Both the position numbers and the translations under genes were made by a program. A DNA stretch of 63,313 bases, filler included. It is 5 parts of 5 records of this genome, joined end to end, with 100 filler letters (N's around TTAATTAATTAA, not from the genome) between each part and the next. Parts side by side here need not be neighbours in the genome. Positions count along the whole stretch, not along the records: positions 31,340 to 63,313 come from SRR20825010_3622; 4 more parts are not named here. The stretch is one strand, 5' to 3'. Below the pieces are notes generated by a model. It did not search any database. It was not told the origin of the DNA and saw only the letters and a list, made by a program, of their open reading frames with translations. Shown here piece by piece: positions 31,466 to 42,420 of the stretch (positions are counted from its first letter, which is position 1; each line of letters starts with the position of its first letter).

Positions 31466-32122
31466 GGTAGCCAATACAGCCAGGCCGACGATCCAGCCGA
31501 TGACCGCTGGCCAGAAGTTAACCATCTGGGGCGGCAGTTCTTCCTGCGGCTCTTGATCCCCCGCTGACTTTTCCGCCTCCATGTCGTCCTCGTCAGCGTC
31601 GTGGGCATGTGCATCCCGCAAGCTATACCAGTCGAACCACCCCGCCAGAAACTGCACAACCGGCGCCGGGAAGCTGCCGTTTTCCGCCATCGGCCGAACC
31701 TGGGGTTCCAGCGCGTCGGCAATTTCCTTGCGAACATGAGGCTGATCTGCAGGAGGCTCTCCAAGAATGGCTTTCCAGATCTGCGCGTCCTTGCTGCGAC
31801 TTGAATCATTCAGCAAGGCTCGGACCTGGATAACCACCTCTCGTACCACCTGTCGTTCCGAGGCATCCAACTCCTGGTCCTCCTGCCTCACTGCCGCAGG
31901 GGTCTCAGCAACCTGAGGCCGCCTTTCATTACCGGCATCGGATGGACTGTTGTCCGTTTGCGGTTCCCCGCCCGTTGCTTCCTTGAAAGCCCGCCGCAGT
32001 CGTTCAAGCTCCTCACCGGAGGCGAACTTTTCCTGCCGCTCATAAGCCGCCCGGATACGGGCATGATCACCGGTGGGCTCGATACCCAATACTTCCCAAC
32101 AATTCATAGAGTTGTAACTCAT
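31436..32122 (-). CDS. J-domain-like membrane-anchored protein
   Basis: CWEVLGIEPT..IRAAY..LRRAFKEA J-like N-terminus without HPD; C-terminal TM segment. Confidence 0.75.
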   Translation of the reverse strand: MSYNSMNCWEVLGIEPTGDHARIRAAYERQEKFASGEELERLRRAFKEATGGEPQTDNSPSDAGNERRPQVAETPAAVRQEDQELDASERQVVREVVIQVRALLNDSSRSKDAQIWKAILGEPPADQPHVRKEIADALEPQVRPMAENGSFPAPVVQFLAGWFDWYSLRDAHAHDADEDDMEAEKSAGDQEPQEELPPQMVNFWPAVIGWIVGLAVLATLFSGMGGGG

Positions 32123-32236
32123 TCATCAGACTTTCATTAAATTTTAGAGAGACAAATGTAATCTGGTCACCTAGGATATGAAAAAAGCGTTCATCATAAA
32201 AAAATCCCACACTCGGCAAAGTATAAAACGACACTC

Positions 32237-34429
32237 ATGTCCGTTACGACCTATCTCATTAAAATTCCGGGGCTTGTTCGTCCTGACACCTATCGCAATC
32301 GCCTGATGTCGGTGTTTGCGGGCACGTTCATCGCCGTTGTTCCGGTGGTAGCGGCGGTGGCGGAGGAAAGCAACGAACAAACCTTCGAGCTGGCAGCGCT
32401 TGGCGATTCACCGGAAGCCTTTGAAATGGATTCCAGAATTCCAGAGGTGCTGACCACAACCCGCCTCAGGCAACCGAAGTCACGTGTGCCCGGCACGACC
32501 ACCATCATCACCGGAGAAATGATCCGGGATCTCGGCATCATGAACCTGGTAGAGGTGTTTCGCCTGGTTCCTGGCATGACCGTCGCCGAAGTCGGGAGCA
32601 ACAACCCGGTAACCAGTTACCACGGCACTGTACATTATGAGCAGCGTCGATTGCAGGTTCAGGTTGATGGCCGTACGTCATACCGCCCTAACCTGTCCGA
32701 CATGGACTGGAATACCATGCCAGTACCGCTGGAACTGATAGAACGAATTGAGGTCAGCCGCGGCCCGAACAGCGCCGCGTATGGTATCAATGCCTTCCTC
32801 GGAACCATCAACATCATAACCCGCGCGCCTGAGGATACGGCTGGTGTTGAAGCTCGCGCTATTACAGGTTCCAGAGGCTATAAGCGGGTGTTTGGTTCTG
32901 CCGGTAATGCCTCTGGCGACTACAACTGGCGCCTGGCCTACGAGAAGCGTAAATCGGACGGCTTTGATGAGCAGGAAGACGATGACATCTACTACCCTTT
33001 TCATGATGGCTATGACATCAACACCTTTAACTACGACAGCAGTTTGTTCCTGAACAGCCAATACAGTTTGGACCTGCGCGGTGGTGTGGTGGATGGCGTT
33101 AACGAGGAGGACCAGATCAAGAACGGCAAGCTCGGCGCCGATGACCATCCTGATATCATCGTCGACGACTACTATCTGCAAACCCGCCTGAACGTGACGA
33201 CCTCCGAAAGCCATTTCTATCATGTACAGGCCAGCTTCCAGAACTATGATCGACGGCAGCGCTGGAGCATATGCATTCCCGGGGATACTTTTGACAATAT
33301 TCTTCAGGGAAACAGCTTTGATCTCGAGTCCTGTACGGCCAACGAAGTAGACCCTTTCAGGGCATACCTGAATGAAGACATCGAGGAATCCCGCCTGGAG
33401 TTCGAAATTCAGGATACCCTGTTGTTCAGTCGGGACCTGAAGCTGGTATCGGGTCTTGGTTATCGTAAGGATACCTATCGGTCTGAAACCTATTTCAATG
33501 GCCGCGGCAACAACTACCAGTCACAGGTTTTTGCGAATCTTGAGTACACACCTCTACGCTGGCTTACCCTGAATGCCGGCGGCAACTGGGAAAAAACCAC
33601 CACCACGGATGAAGGCTACTTTTCACCAAGGGTGGCTGCCAACTTCATCCTGGCTAACAACCACACGCTCCGATTTGTTTACTCCGAGGCGGTACGCACA
33701 CCAGATGCATTCGAACAGAACCCGGACTGGTCCTATCGCCCCAGGAATGTTCAGCCACCATACGCCTTTCTTGAAGGGCAACGATTCCTGGTCGAAAATC
33801 TGGTCGACCCAGCCACGTCGACGTATGGCAAAACACTTGAAGAAGAGCGCATAACCTCTCGGGAAATAAGCTATTTTGGCCAGTATTATCTGGATAGTTC
33901 CACCTTGTCACTGGAAGTTCGCTATTTCAACGACAAGCTTCGGGACATGATCAGCGGTATCATCAACGAAGAAGACTGGACCATCGACAACAATGTCGCG
34001 CTCGATCAGAAAGGCTTTGAGGTAGAGGCGTCACTGGACTTTCCCGGTACAAAACTGAGGATGAGCTATGCTTATCTGGATCAGGATGGCCGCTATACCG
34101 GCGCCAATGATCGCGATGCCGGCGACAAACAATACGCCATTGACCTGTTGGGGCGGTTGTCGGTCAGGCATTCAGGAAGTTTTGCGTGGATACAGGATCT
34201 GCCTTTCAACCTGACCTCGTCAGCGGCGTTCTATTTTGCGGATGAGTTCCGGCGCTCACATTTCGAACGTCTGGACCTGAGGCTGGCAAGGCACATTTTC
34301 AAAACCGGCTACAGCTATGAGTTTGCCGTTACCATGCAGCACTACCTGGACCGCGACGTGGATCTGAGTCCAGATAACGTCATCAAGGACCATAACCAGT
34401 TCTTCGCTGAAGTCGGCGTAAGATTCTAA
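32237..34429 (+). CDS. TonB-dependent outer membrane receptor
   Basis: Plug motifs LVPGM, VDGR and IERIEVSRGPNSAAYG; terminal Phe (VGVRF). Confidence 0.92.
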   Translation: MSVTTYLIKIPGLVRPDTYRNRLMSVFAGTFIAVVPVVAAVAEESNEQTFELAALGDSPEAFEMDSRIPEVLTTTRLRQPKSRVPGTTTIITGEMIRDLGIMNLVEVFRLVPGMTVAEVGSNNPVTSYHGTVHYEQRRLQVQVDGRTSYRPNLSDMDWNTMPVPLELIERIEVSRGPNSAAYGINAFLGTINIITRAPEDTAGVEARAITGSRGYKRVFGSAGNASGDYNWRLAYEKRKSDGFDEQEDDDIYYPFHDGYDINTFNYDSSLFLNSQYSLDLRGGVVDGVNEEDQIKNGKLGADDHPDIIVDDYYLQTRLNVTTSESHFYHVQASFQNYDRRQRWSICIPGDTFDNILQGNSFDLESCTANEVDPFRAYLNEDIEESRLEFEIQDTLLFSRDLKLVSGLGYRKDTYRSETYFNGRGNNYQSQVFANLEYTPLRWLTLNAGGNWEKTTTTDEGYFSPRVAANFILANNHTLRFVYSEAVRTPDAFEQNPDWSYRPRNVQPPYAFLEGQRFLVENLVDPATSTYGKTLEEERITSREISYFGQYYLDSSTLSLEVRYFNDKLRDMISGIINEEDWTIDNNVALDQKGFEVEASLDFPGTKLRMSYAYLDQDGRYTGANDRDAGDKQYAIDLLGRLSVRHSGSFAWIQDLPFNLTSSAAFYFADEFRRSHFERLDLRLARHIFKTGYSYEFAVTMQHYLDRDVDLSPDNVIKDHNQFFAEVGVRF

Positions 34430-34464
34430 AGGCACCACACGGACGATACCCGACCCTGGACGGT

Positions 34465-35451
34465 ATGAAACCAACGTACAACACCAAAGTGGGGAATAAA
34501 TCAGGCGGCCATGCCAGTCGGTGCGTCCTGGCCAGTGCCGTACTGTTCCTGCTTTTCGTGTTGTCCATGCCTTTGCAGCCTGTTTACGCGCAATCCTCTT
34601 CGGGGGCCCAGGTGTACCTGGCCGGTTCCGAGAACTCCGCACTGAATCGCCGCATGCTCTCCCTTCTTAAGGAGGCCCTGGGCAGTGGCATCAACATTCG
34701 CTCCTTCAATAGCGGTCAGGCGTCTCAGGACAAAACCACACCCGTTATTACGCTCGGACCAGAAGCCTTTACCCGAGTCCGGCAAGGGAATCGTGACGTA
34801 CCCATCCTGGCTCTGCTTGTGGATCAATCATTTATCAAAGGTTATGCAGAGCGCTCTGAAGGTTCGGTTTCTGGCATATTGTACAATCCCCCTTTAATCA
34901 GGCAGGCCGTCGCTGGACAGGAAATCCTGCCTCATGCCACCCGGGTGGCGATGCTTGCCCGCCCCGAGACCGTCGAAATCTACGAATCCCTGGTTGAAAA
35001 ACTTCCAGCTTACGGGCTCCAGGCACGAGTATTTGTCGTCAGTTCCGACAACGACCTGATACCAACGCTCATTCACGCGCTGAACTACGGCGACTTTATT
35101 CTGGCCGCACCGGACAGTGGTATATACAACCCCCGAACCATCAAGCACATCTTGTTGACGGCCTATCGTCGTAACCGGATTGTCATCGGCCCGAGTCAGG
35201 CTTATGTCAAAGCGGGATCGCTGGCGTCTACCTATACCCCTTTAACCGAGATTGCCAAACTGGCAGCGAATTACATAGAACAATACCGCCGCGATGGTCA
35301 GTTCCCCCCGCCCGCCTATCCCGATGTCTTCAGGATTGAGCTCAACGACCAGGTTGCGCGTTCCCTGAACATTCCGCTGCCCGACCGTCAGGAGATCATC
35401 AACTCTATTAGCGAGCGGTTAGCCGGTTCTGAGGAGGCGTCTGATGAGTAA
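34465..35451 (+). CDS. Periplasmic ABC-type substrate-binding-like protein
   Basis: Signal peptide; IYNPRTIKHILLTAYR, YVKAGSLAS and NDQVARSLNI; overlaps the kinase start. Confidence 0.8.
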   Translation: MKPTYNTKVGNKSGGHASRCVLASAVLFLLFVLSMPLQPVYAQSSSGAQVYLAGSENSALNRRMLSLLKEALGSGINIRSFNSGQASQDKTTPVITLGPEAFTRVRQGNRDVPILALLVDQSFIKGYAERSEGSVSGILYNPPLIRQAVAGQEILPHATRVAMLARPETVEIYESLVEKLPAYGLQARVFVVSSDNDLIPTLIHALNYGDFILAAPDSGIYNPRTIKHILLTAYRRNRIVIGPSQAYVKAGSLASTYTPLTEIAKLAANYIEQYRRDGQFPPPAYPDVFRIELNDQVARSLNIPLPDRQEIINSISERLAGSEEASDE

Positions 35452-37387
35452 GCGTATGGGCAGGCCAGTCTCCCTCACGCGGAAGCTTCTGCTACTGGGT
35501 GCCGCACCAGCGATCGTCATGTTTATCGTATTGATGGTGTTCTTTACGTCTGCTCGGCTTGATGACGCCCGCAAGGATCTGGCTGACAGCAGTCAGATGC
35601 TGGCTGACAGCCTGGCGCCGGCGGTTGAATACGCCGTCGTTTCGGGGAACACGGCGTCCCTGGAACAGATACTGTCGCAATCGCTACGGCGCAGCCGCGC
35701 CCAATGGATACGCGTCTCCAACGTGGTGGGCGAAGAGGTTGGCTTTGTGTCCACGGACGACCCGGGCAATATCAGTGCCGAGGAGACCTTCGACGTCTTC
35801 GAATCTGAGATACTGCAGCAACCGCTCGATCTGGGGGAGGATCGCCAGACCGAATGGTTTGAGCCCAACTACGGATTCGGGTCAGGAGCGCTTCGCGTCG
35901 GTACTGTTCAGGTGGGCGTCAACAAAGCCCAACTCGCAGCACGCCGGCAGGATATACTCTGGACATCACTGGCGGTTGGATTTTCACTGCTGCTGTTTAC
36001 GCTACTAATCGTCAAACACTCGCTGAACAGTATCGTCTCACCGATCCATGGCCTGTCCCGCCGAGTTGCAAAACTGACCAATCGGGAATACGAGGAAGTT
36101 GAGGTCGGCCTTGCCGGCGCCACCCGCGAAACCCGGGAACTGGAGGAAAGCCTCAATGCTCTCTCCAGGCATCTGAGGAACCTTAAGGCATCCCGGGACG
36201 AAACCCTGGCTTCTTCTGAAAAAGCCCGGGAACGCGCGGAGATGGCGAATCGAGCCAAATCCGAATTTCTTGCCACCATGAGCCATGAGTTACGCACACC
36301 GCTCAATGGTGTTCTGGGAATGATCGAACTCGTGACCGATGAGGCCCTGAGTGCTCGGCAAAAGGACTATCTCCAGACGGCGCGGCAGTCCACTGAGGAC
36401 TTGCTGACGGTCATCAATGACATCCTGGACTATTCCCATATTGACCGGGGTACGCTGGAACTGGATAACCGCGAGTTTGACCTGAAAGAACTCATCACCA
36501 ACTGCACCGCCAGCTACCGTCATGTCGCCGAGCAGCAAGGTTTGGCGCTGTCCACCAAGTTTATCGGAGACTGGCCGGATCGCCTGCTTGTGCTGGGAGA
36601 CTCACCACGCCTGCGCCAGATCCTGGCGGGTCTTATCGATAATGCCATCAAATTCACTGGCGACGGCTTCATCAAAGTACAGGCTAACTTTTTCTCTGTT
36701 GAGGATAACTGCCTGGTGCTCAACTGCACCGTCAGCGATTCCGGCTGTGGCATTCCTGTCGAACGGATTCACGACATCTTTAACTCATTTGAGCAACTCG
36801 ATACGGGTGATTCACGCAGTTATGGTGGAACCGGCATGGGGCTTTCGCTGGTCCAGAGACTGGTTGAGCTGATGGGCGGTCACGTCAAAGTCGAGACCGA
36901 CATTGGGAAAGGGTCGCAGTTCCGCTTCGAGCTGCCCTTTGAATTGGCAAACCGGGTCGATCATGTTGAGGCCGCAGATCAGGGCCCCATCAAAACCGGA
37001 GGCGAGCAAGCCCGTGCTCTTGTGGTGGAGGACAACATGGTGAACCAAAGGGTCGCCACTGCCCTGCTCCGGCGGCTGGGCTTTGAGACAGACGCTGCAG
37101 CCAATGGTGAGGAGGCACTGGAACTGGTTCGAACCAATCACTCTGGCTACGACGTTATCCTGATGGATTGCCAGATGCCGGTGATGGACGGCTATGAAAC
37201 CACCCGCTGCATCCGGGAATGGGAAAAGAGCAACGGCCAGGGCGGAACTCCCATTATCGCACTGACAGCGGACGCCCTTCCGGGAACCGAGACCAGCTGT
37301 CGAGAGGCAGGCATGAACGATTACCTCGCCAAGCCGGTGAGAAAAGAAAACCTGAGAACGGTACTCAGCCGCTGGATACGGGTGTAA
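35444..37387 (+). CDS. Hybrid sensor histidine kinase/response regulator
   Basis: Two TM segments, HAMP-like linker, SHELRTPLNG, NAIKFT, GGTGMGL and receiver LMDCQMP. Confidence 0.94.
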   Translation: MSKRMGRPVSLTRKLLLLGAAPAIVMFIVLMVFFTSARLDDARKDLADSSQMLADSLAPAVEYAVVSGNTASLEQILSQSLRRSRAQWIRVSNVVGEEVGFVSTDDPGNISAEETFDVFESEILQQPLDLGEDRQTEWFEPNYGFGSGALRVGTVQVGVNKAQLAARRQDILWTSLAVGFSLLLFTLLIVKHSLNSIVSPIHGLSRRVAKLTNREYEEVEVGLAGATRETRELEESLNALSRHLRNLKASRDETLASSEKARERAEMANRAKSEFLATMSHELRTPLNGVLGMIELVTDEALSARQKDYLQTARQSTEDLLTVINDILDYSHIDRGTLELDNREFDLKELITNCTASYRHVAEQQGLALSTKFIGDWPDRLLVLGDSPRLRQILAGLIDNAIKFTGDGFIKVQANFFSVEDNCLVLNCTVSDSGCGIPVERIHDIFNSFEQLDTGDSRSYGGTGMGLSLVQRLVELMGGHVKVETDIGKGSQFRFELPFELANRVDHVEAADQGPIKTGGEQARALVVEDNMVNQRVATALLRRLGFETDAAANGEEALELVRTNHSGYDVILMDCQMPVMDGYETTRCIREWEKSNGQGGTPIIALTADALPGTETSCREAGMNDYLAKPVRKENLRTVLSRWIRV

Positions 37388-37406
37388 CCAGCGGCTTAAA
37401 GCAAGA

Positions 37407-38768
37407 TTACGCGACGGGCTCGCGCATGGTGACGAACTCTTCAGCGGAGGTCGGATGAATACCAATCGTGCTGTCGAACTGCGCTTTGGTCGCACCAGCT
37501 TTCAGGGCAACCGCTATCCCCTGGGTTATTTCTCCGGCATCGGGCCCAACCATGTGAGCACCCAGCACCCGGTCAGTGTCAGCGTCCACCACCAGTTTCA
37601 TCAGTGACCGCTCATCCCGCCCACTCAAGGTATGTTTCATCGGTTTAAACTCCGACCGGTAGATACGGAGCTTATGCCCGGCTTCCCTCGCCTCTGCTTC
37701 CGTCAGGCCGACCGTTCCGATATTGGGCTGGCAGAAGACCGCCGTAGGAATGCAGGTATAGTCCATCTCGCCCTGGCCGTCTCCGAACAGTCGGCGGGAC
37801 AGTACCATGCCTTGGGCAAGCGCCACCGGCGTCAGTTGCGGGGTGCCGATAACATCGCCAAGAGCTGTAATCGAGGGTACGGCGGACTGAAAGTGATCGT
37901 CCACAACCACATGGCCCGAGGCACTGAGCTGAACCCCAAGCGCCTCAAGTCCCAGGCCGTCCACCAACGCACGGCGCCCGGTCGCCGCCATCACAAGACC
38001 GGTATTCAGCCGGGAGCCATCGGTCAGGTTGACGTTGTAGTGAGTGTCCTCGCTCTCGATGGATTCGATATTGACGCCAAAGCGCAGGTCCACGCCCTTT
38101 TTCCGCATTTCCTGAGCGGTAAACTCACGAACGTCGTCATCGAAGCCCCGAAGGAACAGATCACCGCGATAGAGAAGTGTTGTCTCGACGCCAAGCCCGG
38201 CAAGAATACCGGCAAACTCCACCGCTATGTAGCCACCGCCCCAGACCACTGCCTGCCTCGGCAGTTGCGGCAGATAGAACATCTCGTTCGAGGTAAGAAC
38301 ACATTCCTTGCCTGGCACATCCGGGACCACGGGCCAACTGCCGGTGGCAATAGTGATATGCTTCGCGGTATAGGACCGCTCTCCCACTACCACCGTGTGA
38401 GCATCGGTCAGTGTCGCGGTGCCTTCGATAACCGTAACGCCGGCATTGGCAAGCATGCGCCCATAGATACCGTTAAGACGTTCGATTTCGGCGTTTTTGT
38501 TGGCAACCAGCCTGGTCCAGTCAAAACTGACCTGATCTCCTGGCACGTTCCAGCCATAGCCCGCAGCGTCCTCGATGTCTTCACCCGCGTGAGAACCATA
38601 GACAAACAGTTTCTTGGGGACGCAGCCAACATTCACACAGGTTCCACCAAGATAGCGCGATTCCACCACAGCCACACGAGCGCCCTTGGCCGCGGACATG
38701 CGTGCCAGCCTGACACCACCGGAACCGGCACCCACAACAATAAGATCAAAATCCTGTCTGTCAGACAC
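37407..38768 (-). CDS. gor: Glutathione-disulfide reductase
   Basis: [27 protein letters not shown] and [10 protein letters not shown]; probable GTG start at 38768. Confidence 0.95.
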   Translation of the reverse strand: MSDRQDFDLIVVGAGSGGVRLARMSAAKGARVAVVESRYLGGTCVNVGCVPKKLFVYGSHAGEDIEDAAGYGWNVPGDQVSFDWTRLVANKNAEIERLNGIYGRMLANAGVTVIEGTATLTDAHTVVVGERSYTAKHITIATGSWPVVPDVPGKECVLTSNEMFYLPQLPRQAVVWGGGYIAVEFAGILAGLGVETTLLYRGDLFLRGFDDDVREFTAQEMRKKGVDLRFGVNIESIESEDTHYNVNLTDGSRLNTGLVMAATGRRALVDGLGLEALGVQLSASGHVVVDDHFQSAVPSITALGDVIGTPQLTPVALAQGMVLSRRLFGDGQGEMDYTCIPTAVFCQPNIGTVGLTEAEAREAGHKLRIYRSEFKPMKHTLSGRDERSLMKLVVDADTDRVLGAHMVGPDAGEITQGIAVALKAGATKAQFDSTIGIHPTSAEEFVTMREPVA

Positions 38769-38801
38769 AGCGTCTCCTGTCTTTTTCGACAATCTGTTCG
38801 T

Positions 38802-39470
38802 TCAACCGGAGACCGCCGCCTGTTCGTCGGGGCGGACCTCACGGAATAGTATGTGATCCTCAAAGCTTCCCAGGCGAATGGTGCCAAGGCTCCGGAACCC
38901 TTCGGACTCGTAGAACGGAAGGTAGCGGCTGTTGCCTGTATCCAGGACAAGCCCGCTTCCCCGAGGATTTTCCGCACAGAGCTTCTCAACCGTGGATAAC
39001 AGCAGTCGCCCATACCCCTTGTTCTGATAGTTCGGATTCACTCCCATCAATGGCAACTGGTGAGCCAGAGGCTGGGGTAGCATTTCCCGAATTTTCTCAT
39101 GGTAATCCAGGTAACGACGGGTAGAGGCAAACCCGGCTGTCAGAACCATGCGAATGCGCCAGCTAAGCTGCTCCGCGAGGTTCAGCCGGAGCTCCGGCTC
39201 GCCAATGAAGGCAACGGCAACAAGTGTATCGTTCACCAGCACACCCACCGCATCCTGATTCAGACCAAAATAGAGATCAATCAGTTCCCGCACCGTGGCC
39301 CGCACGCGCTGCTGATAGCCAGGCCGACGATGATCAAACAGGTACTGGAACGTCGGTTCATCCCGATACGCATGGACTAATATGGAAATCGCCTCATTTC
39401 GGGCACTTCCATCGAGTCGAACAATGACTGGCTCCTGGCTATTCTTGTTCTGTGTGCCGTCACTCATCAC
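38802..39470 (-). CDS. GNAT family N-acetyltransferase
   Basis: GVNPNYQNKGYGRLL and FYESEGF. Confidence 0.88.
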   Translation of the reverse strand: MMSDGTQNKNSQEPVIVRLDGSARNEAISILVHAYRDEPTFQYLFDHRRPGYQQRVRATVRELIDLYFGLNQDAVGVLVNDTLVAVAFIGEPELRLNLAEQLSWRIRMVLTAGFASTRRYLDYHEKIREMLPQPLAHQLPLMGVNPNYQNKGYGRLLLSTVEKLCAENPRGSGLVLDTGNSRYLPFYESEGFRSLGTIRLGSFEDHILFREVRPDEQAAVSG

Positions 39471-39489
39471 ATGTTCTCCAGTATCTGCC

Positions 39490-40020
39490 TCAAATCGTTA
39501 ACGTCAGACGTACGGATACGATCCCTGGATCGTTCTGTCGGTCCATGGACGCTTGATCTATCTGAACACCGTGGCTAGTGTTCAGACGTTCCAACCAGTT
39601 GGCCACCTCGGTGAACGGTGCACCCTCGAGCCAGACGCGAATGGCGTTCTCACCACTGGGCTCGAAGCGCTGAAGCGAAAGGCCTGATTCGCTGGCACTG
39701 CGCGTCACCAGCGCCATAAGTGCTCTACCGTCTACCGGCGTATCAGAACCTGCGCCCCCCGAAGACGAGTTGGCACTGGACAGACGCTCCAATGACTGAC
39801 GATTAGCCTCAAGCCACGCCAAGAGTTCAGTGGCACGCTCCCTAGACTCGACAGCTTCGTTGTGAAAACCCGTGGCAGGGCGCCAGACTCCGAAGTAGAG
39901 AATGCCGAGGAGAACGGCCACCGCAAGAACAGACAGAGCCTGCTGGTCCCTGCGAGGCAACTGGTCATACTGGGCGATGAGCTTTCCGACGGCTGGCTGC
40001 TCCTTGATCCTGTTTAACAT
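39490..40020 (-). CDS. gspM: Type II secretion protein M
   Basis: N-terminal TM after LPRRDQ; last gene of the gsp operon. Confidence 0.88.
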   Translation of the reverse strand: MLNRIKEQPAVGKLIAQYDQLPRRDQQALSVLAVAVLLGILYFGVWRPATGFHNEAVESRERATELLAWLEANRQSLERLSSANSSSGGAGSDTPVDGRALMALVTRSASESGLSLQRFEPSGENAIRVWLEGAPFTEVANWLERLNTSHGVQIDQASMDRQNDPGIVSVRLTLTI

Positions 40021-40024
40021 GCCA

Positions 40025-41329
40025 TTATCCTCCGGAAACCGTCAGACGCCCGCGGGCGCCATTGGATTCATTAACCACCGAGCCGATCTTCGCTTCCAAT
40101 CCGCGACTGGTCAGGCCATTTCTCAGGGTGCTGAGCTTGTCATAGCTGTCTGCACGCACATCGACCACAAGTTCCCCGCGATTCTGGCTGTAGTTCACCG
40201 AATTGAAGGTGACAGCGCGTGAATCGGGAATCTTCGAGTACTGTTCACCCGTGTACTTCATCAACGTGAGAAAACCGGCGTTTGGCCCTTCCGCCTGAAG
40301 TTGACGCAACTGTCCCTCAACAACCCGGCGCACGTTACCGGAATGGGTCCTGGCGTCTCCCGGGAAAGCCTCACGATAAACTGCCATCGCCTGCTCCTGG
40401 ATATCATCGGCTTGCTGCTGGTAGTAGAATCCCATGCCGACTTCCACGCCAATCTGGATCACAAACCATACGCAGGCCACGGCAACCAGCGGTTTCCATG
40501 CGCCCAGCGCACTCGATTTGCCCGTGCGGATGCTGTAGGCCCCCTGGCACAGGTTGATCGGTTGGCAAAGGTGATGATGGTGGGAGTGTGCCAGCAGTTC
40601 CAGTGGCATCAGTTCCAGCGTTTCCTCGCGAACTACCAGGCGCCCTGACGATTTCAGCTCGCTCAGGTCCGCCTGCTGGTGCTCAAATTCCTGCTCAGTG
40701 CCGTAAACGGTCACCGGCACCTCGGCGACCACCTCATCAGACGGTGGAAGCGCCAGCGTCTGCGCAAACATCGCGAGATTTCGCGCATGAACACTGAGCC
40801 ACTCCCCCTGATCACTGGAAAGCATGGCGGAATCGCCATCCAAGCACACCGACCAGCCGCCTTCAGTCAACGGCAGCAAGCTTGAATCCGGGTAGATCGC
40901 ATCCAGCTTAAGATGATTCCAACCACTGAACATCACCACCCATTCGGCCATTTGCCCGTGGTCTATGGCCGCCACCCGAAAACCTTTCTCCGTGCGGTTA
41001 CCCAGGGCCAGATGAACACTTTCGATGTCCTGGGCAACCTGCTCCTCAACCGCGTAAGGGAGCGCCTGATGAACAAATCGCGTTTGTTTGGCGGGAATGT
41101 CCGCTACGCAGAAGAGCGCCTCGTCGCCGGGAATGAGACCCACCAACAGCACATTCTCAAGATCGTTCTGGGTCAGAGTCTGCTCGATGGTGTCTCGTGA
41201 ATCCGCGGTTCCCCGGGCCTGGGCATCTCCACTGGCATCCACCAGCACCCAATTGTACAACTGGGCTTCCGGGTTGGCGTCGAGGTCCGCGAACGGTGGC
41301 CGTGGCCTGACGTAGAGGCGATATGACAT
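40025..41329 (-). CDS. gspL: Type II secretion protein L
   Basis: ALPYAVEEQVAQDIESVH, INLCQG and one TM segment. Confidence 0.9.
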   Translation of the reverse strand: MSYRLYVRPRPPFADLDANPEAQLYNWVLVDASGDAQARGTADSRDTIEQTLTQNDLENVLLVGLIPGDEALFCVADIPAKQTRFVHQALPYAVEEQVAQDIESVHLALGNRTEKGFRVAAIDHGQMAEWVVMFSGWNHLKLDAIYPDSSLLPLTEGGWSVCLDGDSAMLSSDQGEWLSVHARNLAMFAQTLALPPSDEVVAEVPVTVYGTEQEFEHQQADLSELKSSGRLVVREETLELMPLELLAHSHHHHLCQPINLCQGAYSIRTGKSSALGAWKPLVAVACVWFVIQIGVEVGMGFYYQQQADDIQEQAMAVYREAFPGDARTHSGNVRRVVEGQLRQLQAEGPNAGFLTLMKYTGEQYSKIPDSRAVTFNSVNYSQNRGELVVDVRADSYDKLSTLRNGLTSRGLEAKIGSVVNESNGARGRLTVSGG

Positions 41330-41406
41330 TCTGAACAGTTTCCTTTTTCGAAACCCTCTGGGGGTTATCGGTTCTTTTTGTAACGGTTTTCCGGCTCCGG
41401 ACTTCC

Positions 41407-42420
41407 CTATTCCCCGGAGATCGTGAACGGTTCCTTGGTAATACGATTCTTTTGCCCGGTGTCACGAGACACGGTTTGCATCTCGCCTTCCGGGCTTCGA
41501 TAAACCGTGCTGACCAGGTTGGCAACCCGGTTATCGTAGGTAATCCGCGATACTACTTCAAAAAAACGGGTTTGCAGACCGAGGCCCGTGGGTTTCATCC
41601 CCCTCCCCGCAAATTCATCTATTGCCAGGAAGTCCTGTACATTCTCGAAGCGCTCTTCCGTACGTCTTTCCAGAATAGCGTCTGCCTGAGCCTGTGTCAG
41701 TTCCTCATGGAGAGACCTGAGCACTGGTGCCGTAGCGGTGTTGACGTTGATGCCCAACCCCGTCACCGGTAACGCCGTTACGTGTGGTCTCAGTGCCCGA
41801 TAAGCTTCCTCGGTCATACCATCAATCATGCGAAGCTCGGAAACATCAACAAAGGGTTGATTGCCGGCCCGGTAGGCCGGATCCGCAGAAAGGTACTGAC
41901 CGTCCTCGGCCCCATACGCGCTGACGGTCTGGTCGTTCGGGTCGATCCAATCCACCAGCGCATCGACATTGACCGTGGTGATTTCGAGCACCTGGAGCAA
42001 ACGGGCGATTCGATCACGAACAATGGGGTCGACCTGCCCGTTGGCGCTTACCAGGTCGTTGAGGTTGATCCTGCCACCGAGATCATCAATTTGGACCTCG
42101 GCCACGCCATTGTCGTCCAGCGGGAGGATGGCGGCATTCTTTGCCCAGAACTCGTCCAGGCTGTCGACCATGAGGTTGTTCTCCTTGTCGTCCTCAAAGT
42201 CGCGCACCAGAATCTGGCGGGCAAAGGCTTCCGCACCCAGGGCTACGCTGTGCCCCTGCTGCTGGGCAAGGTAGTGGCTGGCTCGGAATACCCGCACGCT
42301 CTGCTGCTGGGTCATGCCTGTTGCCAGCATGACCACCAGCGCCATGGCGAGGAGCACCATGATCAGTGCAACGCCACTCTGGCGACCACCGTGCCTACCA
42401 ATGCATGGATGTTTAGCCAC
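41407..42420 (-). CDS. gspK: Type II secretion minor pseudopilin K
   Basis: QSG-VALIMVL, INLNDL, ALVDWID and INVNTA. Confidence 0.92.
   Translation of the reverse strand: MAKHPCIGRHGGRQSGVALIMVLLAMALVVMLATGMTQQQSVRVFRASHYLAQQQGHSVALGAEAFARQILVRDFEDDKENNLMVDSLDEFWAKNAAILPLDDNGVAEVQIDDLGGRINLNDLVSANGQVDPIVRDRIARLLQVLEITTVNVDALVDWIDPNDQTVSAYGAEDGQYLSADPAYRAGNQPFVDVSELRMIDGMTEEAYRALRPHVTALPVTGLGINVNTATAPVLRSLHEELTQAQADAILERRTEERFENVQDFLAIDEFAGRGMKPTGLGLQTRFFEVVSRITYDNRVANLVSTVYRSPEGEMQTVSRDTGQKNRITKEPFTISGE

Noticed and set aside
24306-38768. gshA/ggt plus gor as one glutathione cluster
   Set aside because: gor is on a different contig.
37632-38849. 405-aa ORF opposite gor
   Set aside because: Antisense shadow.
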